NCBI RefSeq assembly: GCF_021869535.1 | Contig: NW_026262582.1 | Location: 37,510,001 to 37,574,000 of the forward strand | Direction of reading: 5' to 3' | Length of the DNA stretch: 64,000 nt | DNA from: Mytilus californianus | Lineage: Eukaryota | Made by a program: the position numbers and the translations under genes | Shown: positions 36,960 through 49,771 of the stretch, in pieces | Position numbering within the stretch: the first letter of the stretch is position 1 | Layout: each line of letters opens with the position of its first letter | The notes under the pieces: generated by a model | The model's input: the letters and a program-made list of their open reading frames with translations, nothing else | Told to the model about the DNA's origin: nothing | Databases searched by the model: none

Positions 36960-39185
36960 GTTTTATAAAATAACATACAAAAAAAGATGGTTATATCCAT
37001 AAATCAAAATGAAATAATTGATATTATGAAAACTATTGATCCGAATAAGGCATCGGAACCAGATTTGATTAGTCACAGAATGCTGAAAATTTGCCCTAAG
37101 AAAGTGGCAGTTCCTTTACAAATAATATTACATAAATCTCTTCAACAATGTAAGTATCCTTCTAGCTGGAAGATTGCAAATGTAATTGCTATTTTTGAAA
37201 AAGGTTATTCGTCATTACCTTCAAACTATAGACCAATTTCTATAATAAGCTGTGTAGTTAAAATCATGGAACGAATTGTTTTTAAACATGTATATAATCA
37301 TCTACATATGAATAAACTAATTTATGAATATCAGTCTGGATTTTTGCCAAAAAAACTCAACTGTACATCAGCTACTAGAAATGTATAATTGTATTCTTAA
37401 CTCACTAGAAAAGAAGGAAATAAATTGTTTTGTCTTTTGTGATTTTTCAAGAGCTTTTGACAAGGTTTGGCATTGAGGGCTCTTGCATAAAATGAAAGCT
37501 TGCGGAATACATGGTAATTTACTTAACTGGTTTGAGAGTTATCTTTGTGATAGGAAACAAAAAGTTGTGATTAACAAATCATCATCCTCATGTTGCAGTC
37601 TTTCAGCTGGAGTACCTCAAGGCTCAGTACTAGGTCCCTTATAATTTATAATATATATCATAAATGACATTGCAGAGAAACTCACATCTTTGAGCTGACT
37701 CTGTATGGATGACACTTCGTTTAATTACATCGTCCTGAATATGCATGAAATATTTGCCACTGGACGTTAAGCAACCAACAATCAATCAATCAATCGTTTA
37801 ATTACTCGGGGCACGACCAAGAACATGTAAAAACTGTTATTGGTCGTGACCTCGAAGAGCTGTACGAATAATAAAGAGGTGGCTTATGTCTTTTAATCCA
37901 GACAAAACAGAAATAATGATTTTTTCAAATAATGATGCACCAGATCTAAAATTCTGCTCAAATGATAAAGAAATCCCTATAACAAAATGTCACAAACACT
38001 TTAGAGTAACGTTTTGCTCTGATGCTCGGTGGAATAGCCATATAGACAATCTGATTATCAGTGTTACGAAACATTTAGATATACTGAGAAAACTCATGTA
38101 TCAACTTTGTAGGAAAAACTTAGAAAAACTCTATTTAGTATTTATAAGACCAAATTTTGAATATGCAACTAAAGTCTGGGATAATTGTGGGATAGGATAT
38201 GCTAATAAACTTGAAAGTCTGCAGCTAGAAGCTGCTAGAATAGTTACTGGTTTGCCTAAATTTACAAAATCTAAAAATCTGTATGAGAAAATTTGGTGGG
38301 AAACTTTGGCTGACAGGAGAAAAAGATGAAAATTACAAATGTTTTATAACATTCAACATAAACAAGCTCCGGATTATCTATGCAATCTTGTTCCACCTAG
38401 TGTACAGAGCACAACTGTATATCCCTTGCGAAATGGCAATGATATCATTGTTCCTTTTTGTAGATTATCTCTTACTAAAGAATCTTTTATTCCACCAACT
38501 ATTAGACAATGGAATCATATCGATTTGTCCCTTCGAAAATCAGATTCTATATCTAAGTTTAAAATCCAATTAAAAAGGTAAAATACCACAAATATAGATG
38601 TACATAAGCACTCTCTATATGGACCGAGGAAACTAAATATGATTCTAACACAATTCAGATGCTACTCATCTCTCTTGAACTATGACTTGTTTAGAGTCAA
38701 TATAATTGCTGACCCATCTTGTTTTTGTGGATGCAACATTGAGACTGTACACCATTTCCTTTTCTACTGTTCTTTATATACACACCAGAGAAAAATTCTG
38801 ATGAACAATCTAAGATGGCTTCCTTGTGACCTTATACTGAATGTTAAGTTACTAACATCTGGTAATTCGAACCTCTCGTATGAACAAAACTTCCATATAT
38901 TTAAACATGTATTTGAATTTATTAAAAAGTCTGAGAGATTTTATTATGTAGAAAAAGTGTATTTGCGGTACATTCACGTCATCTTCATCATCATTACCAA
39001 TTTTTACGTTATTACTGTTTCATCTTTTTCAATTGATAGACACGTAAAGTATTGTATATTTTGAATTATTGCATGCTCATATTAATATTGTATTGTAATT
39101 TATTGTTATTCGGAGCGGACTTCATAAGTATGGTTTACTTGTGTCCAATCCATTTTACTTGGAGTAAATAAAATATGTTTAAACT
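36960..39185 (+). pseudogene. 5'-truncated, frameshifted non-LTR retrotransposon (CR1/L2-group RT) with 3' UTR
   Basis: Motifs across broken frames: WKIANV..IFEKG, NYRPISIISCVVKIMER, YQSGF, FCDFSRAFDKVWH, GVPQGSVLGP, YINDI, YMDD, SFNPDKTE, LQLEAARIVTGL; AATAAA-containing tail at ~39165. Confidence 0.92.
37717..37805 (+). mobile_element. 65-bp 5'-truncated retroposon 3' end with (CAAT)n tail and 12-bp target-site duplication
   Basis: TCGTTTAATTAC at 37717-37728 and 37794-37805 flanks the insert; related sequence at ~34710-34750. Confidence 0.8.
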
Positions 39186-39659
39186 AATTTAAACGAATAA
39201 AATAAAACTATAAAAAAAATGTCAAACGAAGAAAAAGAAAAGATACTTTTCAGATAGGCTAATTTCAAAAACGTTTTGTAGTCTCAACATTGTAAGAAAG
39301 TTGTACTTTACTTACGCAGTGCAAAGATTCAGATGCAGTTTGTAAAAAAAATCATATGGAAATGAAACCTGTACAGTTCAAAAATGATAAAAATTAAGTA
39401 AGCATCCTCAATGCTTTTCATCGTCGCATTTTATTTAACCTTGATTATTTTTTTTTATTTGAACGTCATTGGTGATTTTTTTGTTCATGTTTTTTTGTTC
39501 ATGTGTTTTTTATTCTGTTTTTTTTTAAGTGAACAACTTTTATTGCATATCTGTCGTTTTAACAATTTAATCGGAATATTTCGTTAGTCCGAGTACTACT
39601 GTTATTAGTTACTGAATGTCTAGGAAAAAAGCTCAGCCAATGGATCAATTAAACAACCT

Positions 39660-40095
39660 TTGAGAGCACGTCCACATACCTCATATGATCAATGGGCAAA
39701 CAAAACTTACTAGATTCCTTAGTTAAAATAGGTATAACTTCTAGAAAAAAAGAATTATAATTTTCTGTCGATATGCACATCTACACAGCATACCCTGGTT
39801 ATCTACAAAGTTTAAGGACATTCTGTGGTGTGGTTTTAGATGAGTTGCGATGATAAACTGATGTAATAGTATATATGGTTTATGTAGGCCAAAATTCTAA
39901 GTACAAGGGGCATAATTCCTAGAAAAAAAGAATACATATTTTCTGTCGATATGCACATTTACATAGTTTGTCCTTATTATCTACAAATGTAAAGAACTTC
40001 TGTTGTGGGGCTTCGGAGTTGCGATAACATGACTGATGGACAGACGAACGGGTAAAAAACATTATATCATACGGAACTTTGTATAAATATTATAA
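39660..40095 (-). mobile_element. Probable HINE-type element with two ~178-bp core units
   Basis: TAGAAAAAAAGAAT...TTTTCTGTCGATATGCACAT at ~39742 and ~39920; GACW-type microsatellite remnant at ~40030. Confidence 0.5.
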
Positions 40096-41332
40096 GTAAT
40101 AAACGGGTAATGTGGCAACAACCCGACCAAATTGCAGAAAACAGACAAAGACCACCAATGGACCATCAACATAACGAGAAAATCCAACAACCGTAGGCGG
40201 GCTTCAACTGGCCCCTGAACAAACATGTGTACTAGTTCAGCGAAAAAAGACGTCACACTAAACTCCAAAACGTATAAATGAACAAAATTTAAAAGAAATA
40301 TATATTCTTTTGAATACAATTTCAAATCTTTAGTAGAAAAATAAAAACCCAGCGTCTGGCGTATAAAGTTTCAATACTGGTATCTGTTCAAGTCTTTAAA
40401 TAAGTTTATTGACACTTTAATACATTGAATGAATCAAATGCAATTACGTTTCAGGCAATATCATACTTTCATTCTTAAATACGTCGTACTATGCGAAAAT
40501 TACATATTCGTCTCTATGAGTATTCCAAGTAATTATAAAAAAGAAGATGTGGTATAATTGCCAACGAGACAACTCTCCTAAAGAGCCCAAATGACACTGA
40601 AATTAGCAACTATAGGTAAGTTAAATATTTTTGGGAACTTCTTAATAAACATTCATGCTATCAATATAACATGCAGAATGTGCTTCTTACCATGGAAAAC
40701 CCCAAGTCTAATTGCTTATACATGAATTTAATTTCTATGCAATTTCATGCGTTTTGTCAAGTATGTCAATATCAACCTAAATAAACACAAAAAGTATTTG
40801 AAAAGGAATACTTTTCCTTCCATATCAAAGTTATACACTAATCATTTGTTATTGAAACCCCCCCCCCCCATAAAAGGGACATTATGTCAGATAAAAAGAT
40901 ATACTTTTCTAATATGATTGTATTGACGGGCAAAAGAGAGAAAACATTTTTTTCTAAATAAGTTCCTTTTTTTATTTATTATTACATAATTTACTATGCA
41001 ACGGTTAAAATCTCATGAAAGCACCAATAAAAAAGTTTAAAAAATGCACTTCGTTACTTACCAATTGACTTGTATTTTTCAAATACCGAAACAATTGTTT
41101 TGTTTCTAGTTTTATGCAATCCCAGTATAATTTTGGTTTTCCCGGACAGCGAAAACTAGCGTAGATTATTGGGTTTTGTTAAATCTAAATATAGAACCGA
41201 TGGGCGTCGTTTCATGATTAAATGTAAGAAAAGAATAAAACACTTTTATGTGATCGGTTAAATAGGATACATGATTTGCAAATATATACAGAAAATCATA
41301 TGTTTTACTGTATATAAATTAGATAATACATA

Positions 41333-41687
41333 TTTTACCACTGGGTCGATGCCACTGCTGGTGGACGTTTCGTCCCCGAGGGTATCACCAGCCCAGTAGT
41401 CAGCACTTCGGTGTTGACATGAATATTAATTATATGGTCATTTTTATAAAATTTCCTGTTACAAAACTTTGAATTTTCGATAAACTAAGGATTTTCTTAT
41501 CCCAGGAATAGATTACCTTAGCCGTATTTGGCACAACTCTTTGGAATTTTGGGTCCTCAATGCTCTTCACCTTTGTACTTGTTTGGCTTTATAACTATTT
41601 TGATTTGATCGTCACTGATGAGTCTTATGTAGACGAAACGCGCGTCTGGCGTATTAAATTATAATCCTGGTACCTTTGATAACTATT
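41333..41687 (+). mobile_element. Retrozyme-like monomer (~355 bp) carrying a type I hammerhead ribozyme
   Basis: Full-length copy of a repeat also at 63148-63522(-), with fragments at 4770-4845, 11940-12040, 24660-24900, 36660-36730, 40350-40390, 50808-50996. Confidence 0.85.
41610..41651 (+). ncRNA. Minimal type I hammerhead ribozyme, intact core; predicted cleavage GUC^ after 41646
   Basis: Stem I CGUCA/UGGCG, CUGAUGA, stem II GUC-UUAUGUA-GAC, GAAA, stem III AC-GCGC-GU with palindromic loop, GUC. Confidence 0.9.
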
Positions 41688-42984
41688 AATGTCTTATAGT
41701 ACTCCTTCTGGTGTCAGAATTGCCCGGAGAAATACCTTCCTATGGTCGGTCATGTTTATTTGAACAATCCTGACATCCCTCAATGTATAGAAAAAAAATA
41801 TCTTTAACTTTAACTATGTGTTATTTGTATCATAGAAATCGTTACCGCTTTAAAACACTTCAATATGTGGAGTATTTTACATAACAAAGTAAATCTACAA
41901 ATGTTTAAACATGAAAGAAACCTATAAAAATCATATTTATCTAAACGTAAAGTTTAAAAGCCTTTATCTATATAAATTCGCACATGATTCAAAATAACAT
42001 TGGTGTAGCTATATACAGTTAAATATGTCTTATCAATAAAAAATTGCCACATTTTATATTTTATTAATCCAATATCTTTACCTATATATGACATGAATAA
42101 GTAGTGGATGAATGCTCAAATATAGGTCACGATTTAAACAAGGAAAGTTCTTTCAAAAAAATGTTCATATGTTTCATAACTATATAATTTATCACTAGCA
42201 CTACTGACGGCTGAAAAGCAATATAAGGAAGGAGTAAACAACAACCTTTCTTGTAGGCTCTTTTTCGTGGTGCAGATTATTGAAAAATCGAAACGAATTG
42301 TCGTTTCCTATTTTCGGGTAAAAAAAAAATAATTACTTTACACGGCCATGGTTATAACTTATTCCCGAGTTATGAATTCAGAAAAACATATATTATATTT
42401 AGCACATCTTAGGACACAACAAACGCAATTGTGTACGCCAGTAGCGTGTTCCGCCTACCAGCAGTTGTGCTAGAATTTAAACAGTTTGAAGATAAATTGA
42501 AATACAATTGATCACCTGTGACATCGATCTTAAATCAGATAAAAGTACATATTGAATAAAGTGACTTAGTTTTAAACGATGTTGTTTATTTTTGTAATCT
42601 TAATCCCTCTCAAAACATAGCAAATTCTTGCACATTGTATCCGTAGTTTATTTTGATAAAAAAAAAATAGCAGAACAACATATGCTTTGTAGGGCCTTAT
42701 CTTTCAAACATGTCAAACGTATGTTCACTGATTTAACTCAAATTCTAATAATTGATTTATTACCTACTTAAACGAATATCCAAATAACAAAAAAATTGAA
42801 ATAAACAATAATCAATAGAGCCGTTGGGCGTTGTTATACATATACAAACAAGAAAAGAATGTACCTCTTTTATGTAATCTGTAAAATAAGATAATTTTTT
42901 TTCTAATATATACAGAAAATCATATTTTTTTACTGTATATAAATCAGATGATTACATATTTCAAAATTTGTTTTGTCTTATAAT

Positions 42985-44690
42985 GCACCTGCAGGTGTCC
43001 GAATAAGCCAACGAAAATCAAATTTTACTATATCTGACCGTTTATTAAACATTGCGGTCCATCATGAAGTACCTATAATGAAGATCACTAACGACTTAAG
43101 TTCGGAGAATGCTTCTTTTCTTTGCTGATTTAATGCTAGATAGAAGTAAAAAGTTTGTTAAGTTCCCTTTCGAGGTTCCACAGCATCTGCATGAAGAAGA
43201 CTCTACCACCACTAAATATGTGTTTATTTGATTCAAAAAGGTAAGTTCCAGTTATGAGACTTATTCGTATTGCTTCTTTTTACACCTGAAATAGTTGATA
43301 AGCTAATAAGCTAAATAATGCTATAAGTAAATGAGAGTTGTCTTTTATGAATTGCAGCCTCAATTTTAAGTGCACCTATGAGGAGGTTTACAGCCCCAGT
43401 AGCTGTTCTTGTAAGCATTAACCGGAAATTTCTCTGACGTAGCTCTGATAGATTTTGTATGATGTTTGCGGGTTAAGGCCGTTTTTACCATACATACCAG
43501 TATTACTCAAGAAATACAGTAATGCTGATATGTGCGTCAATATTTAATTCATTTTCTTTCTTTACTGTTTTATTAAGACCAAGCTGTGGAGGATCTTCTG
43601 AAAGAAATATAGACTAGCATTCATTGTAAATCGGATCGGTTTAATATATGTTTAGGTTGATTTAAGATGACTGCTCTATGTAGGATTGATGGCTACTCTA
43701 GACTGATTGACATGATGAGTGGTTACTGAGAGCATACATTGAAATTCCTGTTCGCAGTTGCTCATGCAGGCTATATCGTCAGCAAAATGTGGACAGCCAA
43801 CATTATTTGTGCCGATTTTAAGTCATAAAATATGCGATTGATGATCCTCAAGGAGATAACAGACATATGCATTGTACAGAAAAAGTGGGAACATTCCATC
43901 CTGGAGTACCTCTTAATGAATAAGGAAGTTGCAGCAATATTTCCGTTCAAGCTTACCTTCGAGACCAGACCACTGTTAAAGCTTTTCATTCTACAGTCCA
44001 CAGGGAATGGTTTTGAGTTTGATCATGAAATGCATTCAACATATTATGATATAATCAACCACATCAAATGTATTATGGCTGTCAACAGTAACCAGATACA
44101 AAGGTTCAATTGTGAAATGTTTTACTTCCGCTCTAGCCTCAGTGACAATAAGCCCATCCATAAACATAGACATGCTCTTTCTTAATCCAGATTAAAGTGT
44201 CAACAGTCTGTTAAAAATGATCTGACTATTTTAGGAGAATTTTTTTTTAAGGTTCATCAGCAAGAATTGATACATTTGTTACATAGCCGGAATGGCTTGA
44301 TGGCATCGTAGATCTTTGAATTATGAATGTCGGAGTTATATATTGCATTTGTAATTCATGTCGTATTTGGCATGTAGTTTACAAAGACATCTGTAATGAC
44401 CTGACAAACAGTATCGTAATTACCGGTATATCCCTTCTGAATAAGTTTGTTAAGAGTTTTGGTTGGCTTTTGATGTGAGTACTGACATTTTTGTGCTTTG
44501 TATAGAATATTACCTTAAAAGATTTGATGGGAAATACCTGAACGTATACGATGTCTGGATGTTGATTCAAATTTAAGGATGATGTCCTTGTACCGACCGA
44601 TGATAACATTTAGTAAATGTTTTGACTAGTTACTTTGTCATATCAAAAACCCTGTTGTAAATACTTTTCAGTAATACCTATTGTTGTATT
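42985..44690 (-). pseudogene. Heavily decayed non-LTR retrotransposon RT (a second LINE family; clade not assigned)
   Basis: Minus-strand fragments: LYLVTVDSHNTFDVV (cf. LD.xKAFDVV), NSGLVSKV, VLQDG (cf. GVRQG), VGCPHFADDIACMSN, TGMYGKNGLNPQTSYKIY, RTATGAVNLLIGALKIEAAIHKRQLSF, C-terminal CRCC; many stops. Confidence 0.85.
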
Positions 44691-47600
44691 ATTTTAATTT
44701 TAGTTTCTTGTGTACAATTTGGAGTTTAGTATGGCGTTCATTATCACTGAACTAGTATATATATTTGTTTAGGGGCCAGCTGAAGGACGCCTCCGGGTGC
44801 GGGAATTTCTCGCTGCATTGAAGACCTGTTGGTGACCTTCTGCTGTTGTCTGTTCTATGGTCGGGTTGTTGTCTCTTTGACACATTCCCCATTTCCATTC
44901 TCAATTTTATATTATACACAAACATGTAAAAGAAAATGAAAAAAAAAATTGAAACAAGTTAAACTAAATTGAAAGGATTAATCAAACTTGACCAACAAGT
45001 GACAAAAGTATTTTTACTACATATTTACCAATCATGTATCTTTATACAAAACTTTTATATACACTTTCTAAAAATAGATTACAGGTTTAAGAGCTGTTGC
45101 TTTGAAATTATTTTGAGTATTCATTTGATAATAGTTGCCAGTATCTATCCTAATGAACGTAAGGATAATATTTAGTAAACAGAAAATGGCAAATTTTAAG
45201 ATCATTACTTGTAATAACGACAAAATAATTGTCAACCAAAAGTTCGCTGAAAATGACGGTGTTAACATAACTTTCGTCAAAGCATTAAATGCAATAAAAT
45301 GTTTGTGTTTGATGTGCAATGATTGGCTTTTTACAGCGAATTCGATCAATAAGATTAATACGTTAAAATGAAACACCTCGGCATAACAAAATCGTTACAT
45401 AATACAGACGTTCCATTCCTTTAAAGTTAAAAAGTGTTGTCATTTGGTGCGTCCGGGTTAATCATGGTATACCAAACATCGAATTTCGAATCAAAATCTT
45501 ATTTAATGCTTTTTTAGAAATTTGAATTTAAAGGCATACAAACCAGAACTATATGTTGTATCCTTACAAATTAGATTTTGAAGTATCAAATTGTATTATC
45601 GTCTTTTTATTCTAATCATTACCGTATGTACATAACAATGTAAAGACAATGATGTGCAATTTTGATTATAATCTTGTAAAATAAGATCTATTGTTACGAC
45701 CAGAAAAATCAACTTTTAATTGTAGCCAACAAAAGACACAAATCAATAATAAAATTTAACAAGATTTATTATACACAAGTTTACAAGAAGTATTACACAA
45801 ATAGAAATGTCAACTTAACAGTCAAACTATGAGTTCAATATTTTATCGTTTCTTTATTCGGAAATCTTCTCCGAATCCACAGAGAATATTACGTCCAATG
45901 GGTCACAATCTAGTATGATGTAGTTTGTAAATAAAAAATGTCAATCCAACTGTTGAGATTGTTGATGTCTATCGATGTCTATGTCTAAATCTATGTCTGT
46001 GTCTAACTAAAGGGTCTGCATTTAAATACTTGTAACGAAAAATTCTAGATAACTGTAGATATTTAAATTACTCATCTTTTGTTATGATCATTCTGGAAAC
46101 GTCATGTAAGTGAAATAGAAAGTTCTTACCATTCAATGAGTATCTATGATTGTTCCAAAGATTTCTAGACTGCATAGTTGTAACACAATGTGTATTATTT
46201 TGTACACAATGTACAAATATATAATAGGCCACACAAAACCAATTAGGCACTCTAAATTAATATGATAGTTACAATATCATAACACTATCAATCGATTATT
46301 CTTTTACGATGCGTTGTTGTTTATATTTGTTTTATTGTTTAATGTAAATACCTTATTTTCCATCGTTATCCATTAATTAGCAATGATGAACTATTCGTTT
46401 ATTTGAAAAATAATGTTACAAGATGTGAATTAACTGGATCATTTGTTATTTTATACATGATGTAATGAATGTATAGATCATTTGCAGAAGACATAAGGTA
46501 TATGCTGCCAGCTAACAGGATATTTGCTACAAATCATATCAAAGTTACGACTCTTTATAATTAAATCGCATTATAAATTAACAGTGACTGTATACTCTGT
46601 TAAACAATTTGTTTTAAAATTTAGTGAACACGATATCGTTATGATCTGTATCAACTTTTCTAAACACTAAATACTTACCAGTGTATATATATCGTGTAAA
46701 CTGTCCAACATTGATTGAATATTTCAAACTTAGAAAAAATCCTCCTTAACTGTACGTCCTACTATCTACATTTATAACACGCGACTTGTAAATTTGAAAT
46801 ATTCAATGGAAAGGTATACGGAGCCACTGAATACTATAGATCAATTGATTTCATTGTCAAATTTAATTTCCTTTTTTAGTACGAAAGATATTGAAATAGC
46901 TGTATGAATCATTAAGGTGAGACTAGTTTATATTTTAAGAAAAGGATATTATCATTCGTTATCCCATTTACTATACATGCTATAGGTACAAAGTGAATCA
47001 GATGATGATTTTACAAAAAGAAAACAAAAGTGATTTCCCCTTCCTTAAAACCAGTTTTCCTCGTTCTAAGCTCCTATATCTTTTGAGAGAATAAGCTGAT
47101 TTTCATTTATAACAAGAACTTTTTTTCACTTTATTGGTACATTGTAAACATCAGACGTAATACAAGGGTTTGTAAGGAGAATCGCAATAAGCTGTCCATA
47201 AAATGATCATCAAAGTCTGTTTTATTAATCGCTTTTATCTTATTCATACTTGAAATAAAATGACACTGTGTATGGAACAAAAATCACGGTTTTGCATATA
47301 TATTATCTGTGTAGTTAGACGAAAATTGTAAGTCGGGTATCTTTGATGTACTAGTATCTTGTTTTATGATGTATGCTAACATATAAGGAGAAAACAACCA
47401 AAAAGTGAATATGGATCTCGATTCTCTCGATGTTTAGATCACCATGATCAGAACTAGTAATGTTTTTTTGTGGTCAACAATACAACAATAATCAGCTGCA
47501 GTAACAGGAAGATCTCTACTTTACATGGTACGGCAACATAAAGGAACTCGTTTAACATAATAATCAGGACTTTAAACGTATTGACGAAATTTCAATTGTC

Positions 47601-49543
47601 ATAATAACTCTTTTTTTGCTGAACAACTTGATTGTTTGATGAATAACTTTTTTCTTGCATACAAAAAGTTAACGGCTTGGGATATAATGCCCATAATAAC
47701 TAGCATTTTGTTATTTATTTTTGTAGTATATTTTTTTTTGGAAACAGAAAACAGATACCATTATCCCACAAATAATTCCATTAAGACAAAACAAGAGCAC
47801 TGTTAAAGGACTGAAATAGCAGCTGGCTCTGACTGTATGTCTGAAGAAACACATATTTTGCATTCCAACACTAACTGCACAAGGCATCATGCTTAGCATC
47901 CCAGCTTAAACCTTGTGTGGAAGCGTTTTAACACATTCTACAGAGCCCAAGGGATGCCTAATGTCTAGCATCGGTAGTGTCAAGATTCGAAAATTACCGT
48001 ATTTCTATACATCGTGTGCTATATAATTGAGGACGAACAACAAAGGGCGATTTCAGACTTAGGTTAAACTTCAGTCGTTCGTCCCCATTCAATAAATCAG
48101 ATTTACATGCAAAGTGAAATTAAAATATACCAGCAGAGTTAAGCTACTAACAAGATCTTAATTAAGGTGAAATAGAAAATAAGACGGATCAGAATTCGGA
48201 AAACAGGATTAAGATAATCCTGATACTGAAAGAAGCAACCCCCTGTAGCTGCAACTGATGTTGAATACAAAATGAAATCAGAAAACGCGCCTGAGAAATT
48301 CTTTTGAAAAAATAAAATAGGCAGTATTTGAGCGAGGTTATTACGCATTTAACATAGTCCACACGAAAAATTCATTTAATAACTTTTTCTCGGTGTGGAG
48401 TTATGTAATAATGTTGAGACTTTTATCAGTAGGAAAAACACTTTAAATCTATGATTCTGTAATGATTTTGGTCTACAATGTTCTACTTTAGAAAGAAAAG
48501 AAATATCAAATAGATGAGAACTACTTACATTTTTTCAAATAATAATTATACATTTAAGATAACATTTTGATCACGACTGTAAAATGTTTTTAAATGTAAT
48601 CACCGATATGGGGGTATATGTAAGCTTTATTCGGCATCGTGTGTCTATACAAAGCATCAATAAATTAAGTAATCTTAAAAAGAGCACAGTCTAGTTTTTA
48701 AATCATTAAGAACATCGAGATCTTTTTGAAAGAAAGATGTGTTTGATGGCAAAGATGAAATACATGTATATAGAAACAAGATATGGAATAAACTATATGG
48801 TGTCTTTAATGCGCTTTCATTAACAAAAGGAATTAAAAGTAGATAATATGTGAACTTTTTTATCTCTTTTTATCTCACTGTTTGCCCTCTACTTATTCAA
48901 TGTAGAGCTACATAGTCAGTGAATAGCGCGAATAAAAAGGTATGTATCTGTTTCAAAACATTCCCATGGAATTCGACCATTTCTGTTATTAATTTATATC
49001 TTTACATTCATATTGTTGAATATCTCCTAGTACATGTACCTGTTTGAGTTGCGTGGAATCTCCTTTATTGGAGATATATGTATGTCCTATTTAAGAAGTA
49101 AGTGCTACTTTTCCGTTTCCATATGAGTACGATTCTGGGTTATCCGAATGTATAGTTATTGTGTTCAAACAAAGTATGTTTAAGTTAATTTTCTTTTGAA
49201 ACTGGATATTGATGATCTAATATTTACGAAGAAAACGTTTTCATAATAGTCCTTTTAGGAAATACAAACAAACACCTCATCTAACATGTCTAAAATGGAC
49301 TTTCAAATAAAACTGGAATCAAGATTTGTAAAACTTACGGTATTCGTTTTTTTGTTTGTATTTATTTAGTTAAACCAGAAAAATAAGAGGCATGCAAGAG
49401 CTTTCCCATTAAAGGATTAAATTTTAAATTGATCAAATATATAAAGCGTTAGTAATTTGTACAGATTTAAAAGCATTATAGAGAATTGCACTTTTTTATG
49501 CATTATTATGATATCAATTTAACAGTTTGTCTGATGTCATTGA

Positions 49544-49771
49544 TTACAGACAAGTATTTTCGTAATTACGACTGTTCACATCAAGGTTTTGAATAAAGAT
49601 AAAATCATCTTCACTGTCATTATCACTATAGTCTGACTGTACAACCACTCTATTCAGTGAATGATCTATTCCGGTGTAAATTGTCCTGTTTTCTATCCCA
49701 TGAATTTTAATTTGCTGTGACCCAACTTGCTTAATTGAAACCTCTGCATAGTGTAAGCCTGGAGTGCATTC
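49544..49771 (-). CDS. Receptor B exon 9: ITIM (LHYAEV), ITSM (TIYTGI), NYENTCL*
   Basis: 228 nt, phase 0, TAA at 49544-49546. Confidence 0.9.
   Translation of the reverse strand, partial: ECTPGLHYAEVSIKQVGSQQIKIHGIENRTIYTGIDHSLNRVVVQSDYSDNDSEDDFIFIQNLDVNSRNYENTCL

Noticed and set aside
43832-44185. 117-aa plus ORF
   Set aside because: Antisense to the decayed LINE RT
47500-48350. Slightly GC-richer stretch with short ORFs
   Set aside because: Stops in all frames I read and no motif I can assign
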